Shown here: one piece after another, positions 26,630 through 36,278 of the stretch
Layout: every line of letters starts with the position of its first letter
How positions within the stretch are numbered: position 1 is the first letter of the stretch
Position numbers and translations under genes: made by a program
Notes under the pieces: model-generated
The model's input: only the letters and a program-made list of their open reading frames with translations
Databases searched by the model: none
Told to the model about the DNA's origin: nothing
Assembly (NCBI GenBank): GCA_964617165.1
Contig: CAZTWE010000002.1
Coordinates: 3,247-67,246, forward strand
Length of the DNA: 64,000 bases
From: an uncultured Ruminococcus sp.
GTDB lineage: Bacteria; Bacillota; Clostridia; Oscillospirales; CAG-272
Direction: 5' to 3'

Positions 26630-29600
26630 ATGAATAACGCAAAAAAGGTCTTGATAGTTTTTCTTTCAATGGCAATGCTTTTATGTACCGTACCCATTGG
26701 AGTTTTCGCTGATGCATCGGAGTACAATAATACGGTCAGCGGTGCGGATGAAGTTGAAATATTTAAAGATTATTTGAAAAACACTTTAATTCCCGGGTAT
26801 GGCAGCTTTGATGCTGTGCAAACAGGCACAGTAAATTCTACTACAGAAAATTGGTTTTCACCAGAAGGCATTTTAAGCGCTTCCATATTCGACTATGACT
26901 TGGATAACTCAAAAGAGTTATTGGTAATTTATACTCAGGAATATAACTTTGGTTACACAATCAATATGGGCGTGTATGAAATAGAAAACAATCAAGTTAC
27001 TTTGGCGGATAACAGCATTTTTTCTGCGTTTAATCCCAATACAACTTATCCATGCATAGATTTATGTGAAAATGAAGGCCATCAAAAAAACATAAATATG
27101 TCAATTGTTGAAGTTGATGATAGAATTTTTATTGTTTGTGAAAGTTCTGTAAAGAGCGGTCTGTATGAAGGAACTGCGCCTGATTATTGGATTTTGAATT
27201 ACAATGGGGAGAAAATTCAATATACTGCCTCATTTACCAAAACAGCCGGCGGTAGTTCGGATTTTGAATATACTGCTTATACCTTCGATAACGGTACGCT
27301 AAAGGATGCAGAACTTATTCAATCGCTTAACGATGATTTTGATGCTGAATTAATAGATTTTTTCGGCAATTATAATATAAAGCTTGATTTAGACTCATCG
27401 CATAATTCAATTTTATCTGATGAAAACACAATAACTCCTATCTTTAATTTTGGGGTCAAGCTGATTTATGAAGATTGGAATTCTTATTCGTTTACATTTG
27501 AGAGCACTCTATCCGCCGGTCCTTACGAGTACGCTCTCAGTGAGTCTCAGCAGGACACCGCTATAGCAGTATTTACAACAGAAAAATCATTAAGCGTACA
27601 AACAAATAAAAGCATGTGGCTTGCATTCGGATTGATCGAAAAGGGAGAGTTGATCGGGAATTGGGAAAAGATGTCTATAGCTATCAGTGATCCTACCATT
27701 ATAGAGCTTTCCGAATACGAAGAAACCGAATACGGATACTCTGTTGAAGTTATCGGAAAAAAGCAAGGCACAACCAATATTACGATAACCGATACGAAAA
27801 GCGGAGCAAATACTTCCTGTATAATTAACGTATACGATAATTACACGAAATCTTATACATACAACATAAACGGTATCGCCGCCGCAAGCGACGGTCTGTC
27901 AACCAACATATATGATCTGAATGGACTGTATGTCAGCAACTATAACTGCATCTCAAAAGGTTCGTATTATTACGTATCTATGGATGTTTATAACAGTAAA
28001 TATCATACCGGTGCAGTGGATGTTTATGATGCGAATGATACTTGGATAAAAAGCTATCCCATTGAAAAATACAGTGATATTTCAAGCCTTTGGGATACCG
28101 GTGAACAAGCTGTTTATCTCATTTCCGATTTGGCAAACAACAAGCTACTGACGTATCAGCAGGCTTCCTTCGCAAAGCATACTCCTATAACCAACATTGA
28201 GGTCCCGGAAGGCGGATATATTGTTATTTCAAACAATTTTTCCGAATCAGCAGGAACGTTTTTCTATAATGCAAGCGAAATATTGTTTGAAGCGACGGTA
28301 ACTTGGTTTGAAACTGTGATATCGCTTAATATCAATGAAGAGCTTGATAAAAGTGAGTTTATCGAAACGCTTATGGGACAGATATTGGAGGACCCAAGCA
28401 AGCGCGATGCTTGGATAGATATTTTTAATACAACCTTGCAAAAAGAAACGGAAGACTTTGCGACAAAATTACTGACAGAGGAAGCAAGTGATGCCTATTC
28501 GAATTTTGCAGATGATTTTGAAGATATTTTGAATTCTATGGGTATTAAGTGGAAACATATATTTCAAAGCGCAACCGGTGTGGGAGAATCTGCATTTGCC
28601 AAATTTAGCGGTACTGCCGGTTTTGCATTGAAAGCATGTTTTGCATTTACCGGTTATACGAATAAGATGCTCAGAGCTATCCATATTGCACAATCCATTG
28701 ACGAACCGTATGCCACGGCTTTTTCGTCCGTTGACGAAGGCTATATCAATCCCCACGGTGTGGTGGTGAACACCAATGGAAATATAGATTCTGAAGCGGT
28801 ACTTCAAGTTTTTAAGGTCTCCGGCAGCGACACACTTGACGTGATTTTAGACAGTGATAATCCTCTTGAAAAATACGAACTTTATAATATAAGCTTTGTA
28901 AAAAACGATAAGAATGTACAGCCAAACGGTAATGTTAAAGTGTATATACCTATTCCCAAAGATATGATTGGTAATACCGGCAAAATTTACAGGCAGGAAA
29001 ACGATGGTTCTTGGACAATGCTCGATGCACATATCGAAGACAATTATTTCGTTTTTGAAACAGAGCATTTCAGCCTTTATGCTATTATTGGTAATACGGC
29101 AGAACTGATTATAAAGGAACCACCGTCAAAACTTCAATATATTGTCGGTGACACACTGAATTCGGAAGGATTAATTCTTGAACTAAACGAGCAATTAATA
29201 ACTACAGGGTACATTTGTAGACCTACTGTTTTATCTCAGTGCGGTGATCAAGAGATAACCGTTGTTTACGGATCGTCTACTGCGGTTTTCAACGTTCATG
29301 TAACGTGCTCCGAGGGCGAACATCACCCCCAAAGTGATTATATGAAAAACGAAACGCATCATTGGCAAATATGTTCCATTTGTCAAAGCGAATTAGAAAA
29401 AACAGAACACGGTTTTGAAAATTGGAGTAAGATCGATGATGCAACGCATGGATGTATCTGCGAATGTGGAGAATTTGAAACCGAAAACCACACATTTGGA
29501 GATTTGATAGTGACGAAAGAAGCAACCGAATATGAAAACGGTACTAAAGAAAAATCCTGTGTTTGCGGTTATTCGGTAACAGAAGAAATCCCCAAAAAAA

Positions 29601-29710
29601 GTTGTTGCAACCAATCCCCAAAAGCAATTATAATTATTGTCGGTGCGTTGGCAGCAGGCGTTATATTGCTTGTTATTATCTACGTTATTATTAAAAAGAA
29701 AAAATTATAA
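26630..29710 (+). CDS. large secreted, C-terminally membrane-anchored surface protein (Ig-like domains, Cys/His-rich module)
   Basis: Start set at the ATG after AGGAGGAGGA. Signal peptide MNNAKKVLIVFLSMAMLLCTVPIGVFA. Big_2-like VEVIGKKQGTTNITITDTKSG and Big_3-like EPPSKLQYIVGDTLNSEGLILEL...EITVVYGSSTAVFNVHV. C-terminal TM IIIIVGALAAGVILLVIIYVII followed by KKKK. Confidence 0.7.
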   Translation: MNNAKKVLIVFLSMAMLLCTVPIGVFADASEYNNTVSGADEVEIFKDYLKNTLIPGYGSFDAVQTGTVNSTTENWFSPEGILSASIFDYDLDNSKELLVIYTQEYNFGYTINMGVYEIENNQVTLADNSIFSAFNPNTTYPCIDLCENEGHQKNINMSIVEVDDRIFIVCESSVKSGLYEGTAPDYWILNYNGEKIQYTASFTKTAGGSSDFEYTAYTFDNGTLKDAELIQSLNDDFDAELIDFFGNYNIKLDLDSSHNSILSDENTITPIFNFGVKLIYEDWNSYSFTFESTLSAGPYEYALSESQQDTAIAVFTTEKSLSVQTNKSMWLAFGLIEKGELIGNWEKMSIAISDPTIIELSEYEETEYGYSVEVIGKKQGTTNITITDTKSGANTSCIINVYDNYTKSYTYNINGIAAASDGLSTNIYDLNGLYVSNYNCISKGSYYYVSMDVYNSKYHTGAVDVYDANDTWIKSYPIEKYSDISSLWDTGEQAVYLISDLANNKLLTYQQASFAKHTPITNIEVPEGGYIVISNNFSESAGTFFYNASEILFEATVTWFETVISLNINEELDKSEFIETLMGQILEDPSKRDAWIDIFNTTLQKETEDFATKLLTEEASDAYSNFADDFEDILNSMGIKWKHIFQSATGVGESAFAKFSGTAGFALKACFAFTGYTNKMLRAIHIAQSIDEPYATAFSSVDEGYINPHGVVVNTNGNIDSEAVLQVFKVSGSDTLDVILDSDNPLEKYELYNISFVKNDKNVQPNGNVKVYIPIPKDMIGNTGKIYRQENDGSWTMLDAHIEDNYFVFETEHFSLYAIIGNTAELIIKEPPSKLQYIVGDTLNSEGLILELNEQLITTGYICRPTVLSQCGDQEITVVYGSSTAVFNVHVTCSEGEHHPQSDYMKNETHHWQICSICQSELEKTEHGFENWSKIDDATHGCICECGEFETENHTFGDLIVTKEATEYENGTKEKSCVCGYSVTEEIPKKSCCNQSPKAIIIIVGALAAGVILLVIIYVIIKKKKL

Positions 29711-29718
29711 ACGACTTT

Positions 29719-29746
29719 AGCGGTGGGCTTCGGCTCGCCGCTTTTG
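29719..29746 (+). terminator. intrinsic terminator (10-bp stem, UUCG loop)
   Basis: agcggtgggc-ttcg-gctcgccgct followed by tttgtgatattt. Confidence 0.7.
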
Positions 29747-29804
29747 TGATATTTCCAGCAAACCAACAACGTCAATTATCTTGACAAGCACTGATTTATA
29801 GACG

Positions 29805-29843
29805 AAAACGCAAAAACGGCATACCTCTTTCGAGATATACCGT
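29805..29843 (-). terminator. intrinsic terminator for trkH (minus strand)
   Basis: On the minus strand, acggtatatctc-gaaa-gaggtatgccgt is followed by tttttgcgttttcg. Confidence 0.6.
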
Positions 29844-29910
29844 ATTCGTTGCCTTTCAGAGCACAGCTCTGACTTTGGGATTTTCACACCCGTATCACAG
29901 CTCTTTAATT

Positions 29911-31452
29911 TTAAACCTTTTTCCACGTTTTCGGACTGAACAGTATCAAAACGGGAAGTATCTCAAGCCTGCCGAGGAGCATCGTGAACGTCAAAACGAT
30001 CTTTGAAAAGATGCTGTATTCAGCAAAACTTGAATACGGACCTACCGCCTCAAACGCAGGACCTACGTTTGAAATACAAGCGAGCGCAGCGGAAAAATTA
30101 CTGAAAAAGCCATGCTCTTCGGTGTACTCTCCGGCATCCGAGACTATTGTTATTATCTGCCCGTTTACGGGATCAAACGACAGCAAAAGCACCGCTGCAA
30201 GCAGTATGAAAATATACATTGTCATGAAGGAAAAAACGTCGTTGATCGTTTTTTCTTCAAGCGTTTTATCTTCAAATTTCGCTTTGGGTACGTATCTTGG
30301 ATTTATAAGCTTTCTCACGTTTATATATGCGCCCTTGCAGGCTATAACTATTCTCGAAAGCTTCATTCCGCCTGTTGTGGAGCCTGCCATAGCACCAAAA
30401 AACATTATCACGACGAGCACCGTTTGCGCAGATGACGGCCACACGTTGAAGTCGGTAGTAGAAAATCCCGCAGTCGTTATTATGGATGCAACCTGAAACA
30501 GCGAATGCCTGAACGCCTCCTCGGTAGTATAATCCATTGGAAATTCCCCGACTCCCGAAATAAGGCTGATAAAGATGGCAGCAACCGAAGCTGACACTAT
30601 TAAAACGTAAGCCTTAAACTCCTCGCTTCTCAAGAGCGCGCCTATTTTGCCTATGAGAATAAGGTAATAGAGCGCAAAATTGCACCCGAAAAGCAGAAGA
30701 GATATTGAAACTACGTACTGCGTAAAGGGATTAAATAGCTCCATGCTGCCGGGTATGAAGCCGAAGCCACCGGTGCCGGCACAGCCGAATGCCGTTAAAA
30801 GGCTGAAAAAGAATTTCTCACTCTCATACCCCGCAACAGGCTTGTCAAGCATAAGAACAGCTGCTACGATCACCGTCATTCCGAGATATATAAGGTAAAG
30901 TATTCTCGTCGTCATCTTCATTTTAGAGACAATTTTGCCGACAGTAGGACCGGGACTTTCCGCGCGAAGCAGATGCATAGCCGAGCCGTCATTGCTCTCC
31001 GGGATAAATATAAGCACGAAAGCAAGTATTCCCATTCCACCTATCCAATGAGAAAAGCTCCTCCAAAACAGTGAGGAATGAGATATCAGCGTGATGTCCG
31101 TTATTATGCTGGCACCTGTAGTCGTAAAGCCCGACATGATTTCAAAGCAAGCATCAACGTAATTCGGAATATCACCGTTTATAACGAACGGAAGCGCTCC
31201 AAACAGTGTCATTACTATCCAGACTACCGCAACAAGTGCAAAGCCTTCCTTTTGATACATTGAACCGCGCTTCGGCTTAGGGAGCTGCATAAGCGCGCCT
31301 ATCGCACCGAGAGCAAGAATCGGAATGAGAAACGCGAGCTTGTGCGAAAGCGGCTCACCGTAAACGATGCTTATCACAAGCGGCGCAAGCATCAGAATAC
31401 CCTCAAGTATCATTATTTTTCCAAGTATTTTGCCAAGTAATTTATAATTCAT
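29911..31452 (-). CDS. trkH: TrkH/KtrB-family potassium uptake membrane protein
   Basis: 513 aa, polytopic, with MSGFTTTGAS and SIITTAGFST selectivity-filter-like repeats. It lies 2 nt downstream of trkA. Confidence 0.85.
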   Translation of the reverse strand: MNYKLLGKILGKIMILEGILMLAPLVISIVYGEPLSHKLAFLIPILALGAIGALMQLPKPKRGSMYQKEGFALVAVVWIVMTLFGALPFVINGDIPNYVDACFEIMSGFTTTGASIITDITLISHSSLFWRSFSHWIGGMGILAFVLIFIPESNDGSAMHLLRAESPGPTVGKIVSKMKMTTRILYLIYLGMTVIVAAVLMLDKPVAGYESEKFFFSLLTAFGCAGTGGFGFIPGSMELFNPFTQYVVSISLLLFGCNFALYYLILIGKIGALLRSEEFKAYVLIVSASVAAIFISLISGVGEFPMDYTTEEAFRHSLFQVASIITTAGFSTTDFNVWPSSAQTVLVVIMFFGAMAGSTTGGMKLSRIVIACKGAYINVRKLINPRYVPKAKFEDKTLEEKTINDVFSFMTMYIFILLAAVLLLSFDPVNGQIITIVSDAGEYTEEHGFFSNFSAALACISNVGPAFEAVGPYSSFAEYSIFSKIVLTFTMLLGRLEILPVLILFSPKTWKKV

Positions 31453-31454
31453 AA

Positions 31455-32813
31455 TTACTCCAGAATATCCGAAAGATCATCAAAGTTTTTATGTGTGGTT
31501 ACAACTATTACGCTATCTCCGAGCTTGATGCAGGAATTACCGTCGGGAATGATAACCTCGTTTTCCCGTATAATGCATGCAACAAGGCAATTTTTCTTGA
31601 GCTTGAGCTCCTTAAAGGGGTGTCCGTGTATCGGTTCGGGCTTCATCGCAAAAAACTCTAATGCCTCAACACGGTTATCAACCAAACGGTAAAGCGTTTG
31701 CACGTTGCTGCTGCCGCCGCGGTTTGCAAGTGCTCTGACGTAGCTCAGTATTCTGTCTGCTACAATGTTTTTCGGAGATACGTTGTTCTTTATTCCGAGC
31801 TCACCAAGCATGCTGTAAAGGTCGTCGCTCTTTATCTGCGTTATAGTCTTACGCACCTTGGCTTTATTTGCAAACATGGATACGACCATATTTTCCTCGT
31901 CAACGTCCGTGAGCGCAACGAACGCATCCATAGCCTCAATTCCCTCTTCGATAAGAAGATCGTGCCTGATACCGTTACCGTGTATTACCGTTACACGGGG
32001 TAGCTGCTCTGCCAATCTCTCCGCCGCTGTTTTATCACTTTCTATCAGCTTTATTTTGTACTTCTTTTTCGACAGCTCCTCAGCAAGATAGAAGCCTATC
32101 TTACCACCGCCGACTATCATTATATTCTTTAAAGGAGACCTTTCGAGATTTATATCTGCAAGGAAATTGCGCAGAGAGTTTGCATCTGAGGTAAAATGTA
32201 TTCTATCACCCTCGGCAAATTCGAAATTACCCGTAGGAATTATAACGTCATCGCCCCTTTGCACAGCGCATACAAGCACTTTTGAGGTGAGTTTTTTTGA
32301 AAGAGATATCAGCGTTTCTCCAATAAGCGCGCACCCGTGTTCGGCAACTATTTGAGCGAGCAGAACTCTGCCCTTTGCAAAATACTCTACCTGTCTTACC
32401 GAGGCAAGGTTTATCAGGTTGAATATTTCGGTTGCCGTATCCTTTTCGGGATTTACTATCATTGATATACCGAGTTCCTCTTTCATGTCGGTTATCTGCC
32501 TTGCATAATCAGGATTTCTGACACGGGCTACGGTGTTTTTAGCACCAACCTTTTTTGCGACAAGGCATGCAACGATATTCAGCTCGTCGCTGTTAGTCAG
32601 GACTATTACAAGATCTGCATCCTTTACGTTAGCTTCCCTTTGAATATCCATACACGCACCGTTGCCGACAACGCCCGACACGTCATATTTTTCTATAAGT
32701 CCCTCGACCTTTTCGCGGTCTCCGTCTATTACCGTTATAACGTGATCCTCTGCCGAGAGAGCGCGAAGCACTGTTTTGCCTATCGTTCCGAGCCCTATAA
32801 TAACTATTTTCAT
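31455..32813 (-). CDS. trkA: Trk system NAD-binding regulatory protein (two RCK modules)
   Basis: MKIVIIGLGTIGKT and a second IMIVGGGKIGFYLA Rossmann motif. Start moved to ATG 32813, which is preceded by GGAGAG. The ORF-track start at 32936 lacks an RBS. Confidence 0.85.
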   Translation of the reverse strand: MKIVIIGLGTIGKTVLRALSAEDHVITVIDGDREKVEGLIEKYDVSGVVGNGACMDIQREANVKDADLVIVLTNSDELNIVACLVAKKVGAKNTVARVRNPDYARQITDMKEELGISMIVNPEKDTATEIFNLINLASVRQVEYFAKGRVLLAQIVAEHGCALIGETLISLSKKLTSKVLVCAVQRGDDVIIPTGNFEFAEGDRIHFTSDANSLRNFLADINLERSPLKNIMIVGGGKIGFYLAEELSKKKYKIKLIESDKTAAERLAEQLPRVTVIHGNGIRHDLLIEEGIEAMDAFVALTDVDEENMVVSMFANKAKVRKTITQIKSDDLYSMLGELGIKNNVSPKNIVADRILSYVRALANRGGSSNVQTLYRLVDNRVEALEFFAMKPEPIHGHPFKELKLKKNCLVACIIRENEVIIPDGNSCIKLGDSVIVVTTHKNFDDLSDILE

Positions 32814-33142
32814 AAGATACTCTCCAAAATGCGTTTCTTGTTTATATGATACCACACTTTTCTTCGATTGTACATATTTTTTAAAATATTTAATATTTAC
32901 CGCGCCACGCTTGACATCGGCAATAAATTGCTGCAAAATTCATTTTTACGCCGACAAATCGTCACATTTTCTCAAAATCGCAATAAAAATGATAAATGTT
33001 GAGAATTTTCCAATATTAAGAACTCTATTGCAAAAAAATCAGAAATATTGTATGCTTTATGCAGATCGTATTCTATAGATACGAGAATGAAGAGCTATTA
33101 CCGATTTGAGAAAATACGATAATGAAGATTTGAGGAATTTTT

Positions 33143-33931
33143 ATGTTTGATTTTCATCTGCACAGCAGCGTATCGCACGATTCGGTTGCAAGCCCTACCG
33201 ATATTATAAAGGCGGCAGAAAATCGCGGACTTGCCGAAATATGTTTTACCGATCATTACGATTTCAGCGACTATAGGTATCCTTTTAAAATAAAATTTGA
33301 TATTGAAAGCTACAGTTCCGCTTATGACGGGCTTCGCTCTGATAAGCTTCTGATAAGGCGCGGCGTTGAATTCGGACTTATGCCATGGAATAAAGAAAAG
33401 CTTACAGAGCTTCTTGATAAGCGACATTTCGATTTCGTCATAGGCTCTGTGCATGAGGTTAAAGATAAAGCACCGTACCGCTGTGCCTCATTCTGGGAGG
33501 GAAGGCGCGTGGAAGAAGCGTTCTCGGAGCATCTTTGCGAAACGCTTGAATGTGTAAAGATGCACGACGGATTTGACGTACTCGGACACCTTACGTACAT
33601 ATCAAAATCCCCCTGTAATTTAACACGCACCCCTATCAGATACGAATACTTCTCCGATATTATTGACGAAATACTGAAAATTCTTGCCGAGCGCGGACAA
33701 GGGCTTGAGATCAACACGGATGGTATTGATAGCGTCGGAGATTTTTTACCGTCGCTTGATATTATCAAAAGATTTCGCGAGCTTGGCGGTGAGATAATAA
33801 CAATAGGCTCGGATGCACACACCGCGGAACGTGTCGGAGCGCATATTAACGGTGCAATTGAGATAGCCAAAGACGTTTTCGGATACGTATGCACCTTTGA
33901 GGGGCGAACGCCCGTATTCCACAAGCTTTAA
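33143..33931 (+). CDS. PHP-domain phosphoesterase (histidinol-phosphatase HisJ family)
   Basis: MFDFHLHSSVSHDS start, FTDHYDF, GSVHEV, LGHLTY and IGSDAHT metal-ligand motifs. Confidence 0.75.
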   Translation: MFDFHLHSSVSHDSVASPTDIIKAAENRGLAEICFTDHYDFSDYRYPFKIKFDIESYSSAYDGLRSDKLLIRRGVEFGLMPWNKEKLTELLDKRHFDFVIGSVHEVKDKAPYRCASFWEGRRVEEAFSEHLCETLECVKMHDGFDVLGHLTYISKSPCNLTRTPIRYEYFSDIIDEILKILAERGQGLEINTDGIDSVGDFLPSLDIIKRFRELGGEIITIGSDAHTAERVGAHINGAIEIAKDVFGYVCTFEGRTPVFHKL

Positions 33932-33990
33932 TAAATCGCTAAAAAACGGCAAGCTCTTATTACAAGATGCCTGCCGCTTTTTATTTAAAA

Positions 33991-34935
33991 CTAGATTTCC
34001 AGCCCTACTATATAGTATGCGAAGAAGAGCTTTCCGAATATATATTTATTTGATGCACTTTCGGTGAGCGTTATTACTTTTCCGTCATAATACTCAAGTC
34101 CTTCCGCCATGGCAGGACCCTTTATTTCCTTAATACAGTTGTTTAAGTAATACACGGGTGCCCCGTCAAGCATATATTCGGATTTTATCGCATCGCTTTC
34201 GTTGTATACGTAATAGAAGCTGTCTGCAAGACCGTAAGAGGTTGAAAGAACAACCTTTCCGTCAGGCGTGAAGCATATTCCCTGAACCTCATCTCTTATA
34301 GAATATATCTTGTCGGGCTGTGTCAGATCGTCTTTTTGATAGCGACAAACAATAGCCGAATTCTCACCGTCAGGCGTGGTGTATTTATGCTCGGTAATAT
34401 AGTTTTTTCCGTTATGGAACTCACCGACGTAAACGTAATTTTCATCCGCATATATAAACGATGCGGAAGTGCTTGTGGGTATAGACTCCTCAAAGCTCAC
34501 TGTGTCACCGTTCTTTGCTCTGAGGACTGTATCAAGGGATATAACGTGTATCTTTTTATTCGATGCAACGTATATTTTATCACCCTGCGAGGCTATACCG
34601 CCGGCGTGACCCGTAAAGGCTTCACCATCGCTCGTTAAGGATACGTAATAGGAATTGTTATCGGTATCGGTAACGTATATTCTGCTTGCGCTGTCATCAT
34701 TCATATATCCCGAAACAAGCATTTTATCCTCGGTATCGACCGCGCAAATACCTTGACATATAAAACCGTCACCAAGACCGGGATTTTTACAAATATCCGT
34801 TTTTACGGAATAGTAATCCGCATATATACCGAACTTTGCAATATTCAAACCGCCTACGACAAGTATAGCTGCACCTAGCACTATACATACAAGCGAAAGA
34901 ATAAGCTTGCTTATAAATTTAAAAATCTTTTTCAT
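33991..34935 (-). CDS. membrane-anchored hypothetical protein (N-terminal TM, beta-rich/propeller-like ectodomain)
   Basis: The N-terminal ILSLVCIVLGAAILVVGG helix is followed by 270 beta-rich aa with recurrent YV/YY..D motifs. It lies 21 nt downstream of the SPFH gene. Confidence 0.45.
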   Translation of the reverse strand: MKKIFKFISKLILSLVCIVLGAAILVVGGLNIAKFGIYADYYSVKTDICKNPGLGDGFICQGICAVDTEDKMLVSGYMNDDSASRIYVTDTDNNSYYVSLTSDGEAFTGHAGGIASQGDKIYVASNKKIHVISLDTVLRAKNGDTVSFEESIPTSTSASFIYADENYVYVGEFHNGKNYITEHKYTTPDGENSAIVCRYQKDDLTQPDKIYSIRDEVQGICFTPDGKVVLSTSYGLADSFYYVYNESDAIKSEYMLDGAPVYYLNNCIKEIKGPAMAEGLEYYDGKVITLTESASNKYIFGKLFFAYYIVGLEI

Positions 34936-34956
34936 GAATTAACCTCTTTCAGCGTC

Positions 34957-36024
34957 TTATGCCGTGAGGTCGGCAGGTATCATCACCGTTGCCGCATCCC
35001 CCGTCATAACAGAGGGCAGCTCGCCATTCCATTTTGACAAATATTCAATGTATTTGAGATAATCGGTAATGAGCTTTATTTCATCAGCCGTTTTCCCCTC
35101 AAAGTCTATCTCATATTCAACTGCCGTGACAACTCCGTTTTCATCGGTTATCTCGGTTTCATTGATATTAAAGCCGAGTGCTCTTGCAACCTCAATGGAT
35201 TTAAGCTTTACAGTCTGTGCCTCAGCACGTGCTACCTCTATCTGTGCCTCTGCGTCTGCCTTTGCCACCTCAAGCTTTGCCTGAGCTTCAAGCTTCGCTA
35301 CCTCCAGCTCCTTTTCAGCGTTGACTATAGCCGTTTCCTTTTCGTATTCCGCCTTGAGCTTTTCCTGCTCGGCTATCATCTTATCCTCTACGGTTTTTTC
35401 AAACGCATCGGAGAAATCAATATTTGTAAGAACTACCGCTACTATCTGCACACAGTACGCTTCGTCAACAGCGGATTTTATGCTTTCCTCTACAAGAGGA
35501 GATATGGAAGAGCGTGTTTCAATTATATTCATTGCCGAATATGAGGACAGCGTTGCCTTAGCCTTTTCCGTTGCTATCGACTGAATACGGTTAGCAAGCA
35601 GATCTATAGTACCGTACTGATTTGCAATATCAAGTACCTTGCTGTCATCTATCTTATACTGAATATTCATAGCGATAGTCATCGTTTGCGCATCCTTGGA
35701 ATATGCCTGCGTTGCGATATCCATGTTCTGAACCTTGGAATCGTAATATTCATACTTTTCCGTGACCCAAAAATCAAAATATGTACCTGCATTACGCACA
35801 GTTCTTGCTTCTCCGAGATGCTTTACTACCGCAACCTCACCTGCCTCAACCGTATGGAAGCTCGCAGGAATTAAAATTATGCCGATAAGTCCGACAAGCG
35901 CGACTATAACTCCGAAAACGTTAACCTTTTTTTGCCCGGACTTATAGAAAGTCCATCCGACAATTGCTACACCTGTTGCAATAACGAGTGCAAATATTGC
36001 TCCGAAAATAAACGTAAAAGCCAT
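34957..36024 (-). CDS. SPFH/Band-7 (prohibitin/flotillin-like) membrane protein
   Basis: N-terminal TM(s), an SPFH core (VVKHLGEARTVRNAGTYFDFWVTEKYEY) and an Ala/Glu coiled coil (EKLKAEYEKETAIVNAEKELEVAKLEAQAKLEVAKADAEAQ). ATG 36024 is preferred because the ORF-track TTG at 36036 is itself the GGAGG RBS. Confidence 0.8.
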   Translation of the reverse strand: MAFTFIFGAIFALVIATGVAIVGWTFYKSGQKKVNVFGVIVALVGLIGIILIPASFHTVEAGEVAVVKHLGEARTVRNAGTYFDFWVTEKYEYYDSKVQNMDIATQAYSKDAQTMTIAMNIQYKIDDSKVLDIANQYGTIDLLANRIQSIATEKAKATLSSYSAMNIIETRSSISPLVEESIKSAVDEAYCVQIVAVVLTNIDFSDAFEKTVEDKMIAEQEKLKAEYEKETAIVNAEKELEVAKLEAQAKLEVAKADAEAQIEVARAEAQTVKLKSIEVARALGFNINETEITDENGVVTAVEYEIDFEGKTADEIKLITDYLKYIEYLSKWNGELPSVMTGDAATVMIPADLTA

Positions 36025-36173
36025 TTTTTCCTCCAAAAATAGTATTTTTGACTGCGGTACGACGTTTTTATAATATATTTTCCGCGAGTCTTACGTGAAA
36101 GCTCGAATTTCTTTCACACCTATATTCTACCATTTTATTTGGATTTTGTCAAAGGTCTTTGCAGCCGATAACG

Positions 36174-36235
36174 AGCCTTGTTTGTCTTTCGGTGCGTTTT
36201 TCTTGAAATAAAACGCACCAAGGCTTTTATTTTCG
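36174..36235 (+). terminator. plus-strand intrinsic terminator-like hairpin lying between two minus-strand genes
   Basis: gcctt..ggtgcgtttt-(9 nt)-aaaacgcacc-aaggc is immediately followed by ttttattttcg. The minus-strand reading has no T-run. Confidence 0.5.
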
Positions 36236-36278
36236 AGATTTTTTGCCGTTTTTTCTCGTGTTTTCTCGGATTTTGTGA

